From: an uncultured Clostridia bacterium
Lineage (GTDB): Bacteria; Bacillota; Clostridia; TANB77; CAG-508
DNA: 57,361 bases
Direction of reading: 5' to 3'
NCBI GenBank assembly: GCA_947589645.1
Contig: CANQCG010000005.1
Coordinates: forward strand, 1 to 57,361
Shown: one piece after another, positions 57,299 to 57,361 of the stretch
Position numbering within the stretch: the first letter of the stretch is position 1
Layout of the letters: each line of letters opens with the position of its first letter
The notes under the pieces: model-generated
Told to the model about the DNA's origin: nothing
What the model saw: only the letters and a program-made list of their open reading frames with translations
The model's database searches: none
Program-made: the position numbers and the translations under genes

Positions 57299-57361
57299 TA
57301 AGGCTATTTAGCAATATGTTTTTTAGCAATTCTAAAAACATACTGCTAAGTAGTCTTTTTT
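57299..57361 (+). terminator. Long intrinsic terminator-like hairpin
   Basis: AAGGCTATTTAGCAATATGTTTTTTAG-CAATT-CTAAAAACATACTGCTAAGTAGTCTT followed by T-run at window end. Confidence 0.75.

Overview
AT-rich chromosomal segment of a spore-forming Clostridia-like Firmicute (spoIVA, sleB, hrcA-grpE-dnaK-dnaJ, metK, dapA/asd; the taxonomy is inferred). It opens with a tRNA-Tyr(GUA) interrupted inside the anticodon by a 221-nt group I intron. The tRNA 3' end is the integration site of a ~4.6-kb integrase-less island that carries a predicted type I toxin-antitoxin module. The centre is a ~19-kb giant surface-protein gene split into three ORFs. Both breaks are +1 shifts that can be placed on an in-frame CGG followed by A (AAT-CGG-A and ACT-CGG-A), and I found no other in-frame CGG in the window's credible genes, which suggests CGG-triggered +1 recoding giving a ~6,390-aa protein. 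Other unusual items: a dispersed family of composite palindromic/tandem intergenic repeats (4 copies), a (CA)12-containing leader ORF ahead of a strong terminator at the window end (candidate phase-variable switch), a C-terminally truncated GlmU, and many local tandem duplications. All calls come from manual reading; no database searches were run.
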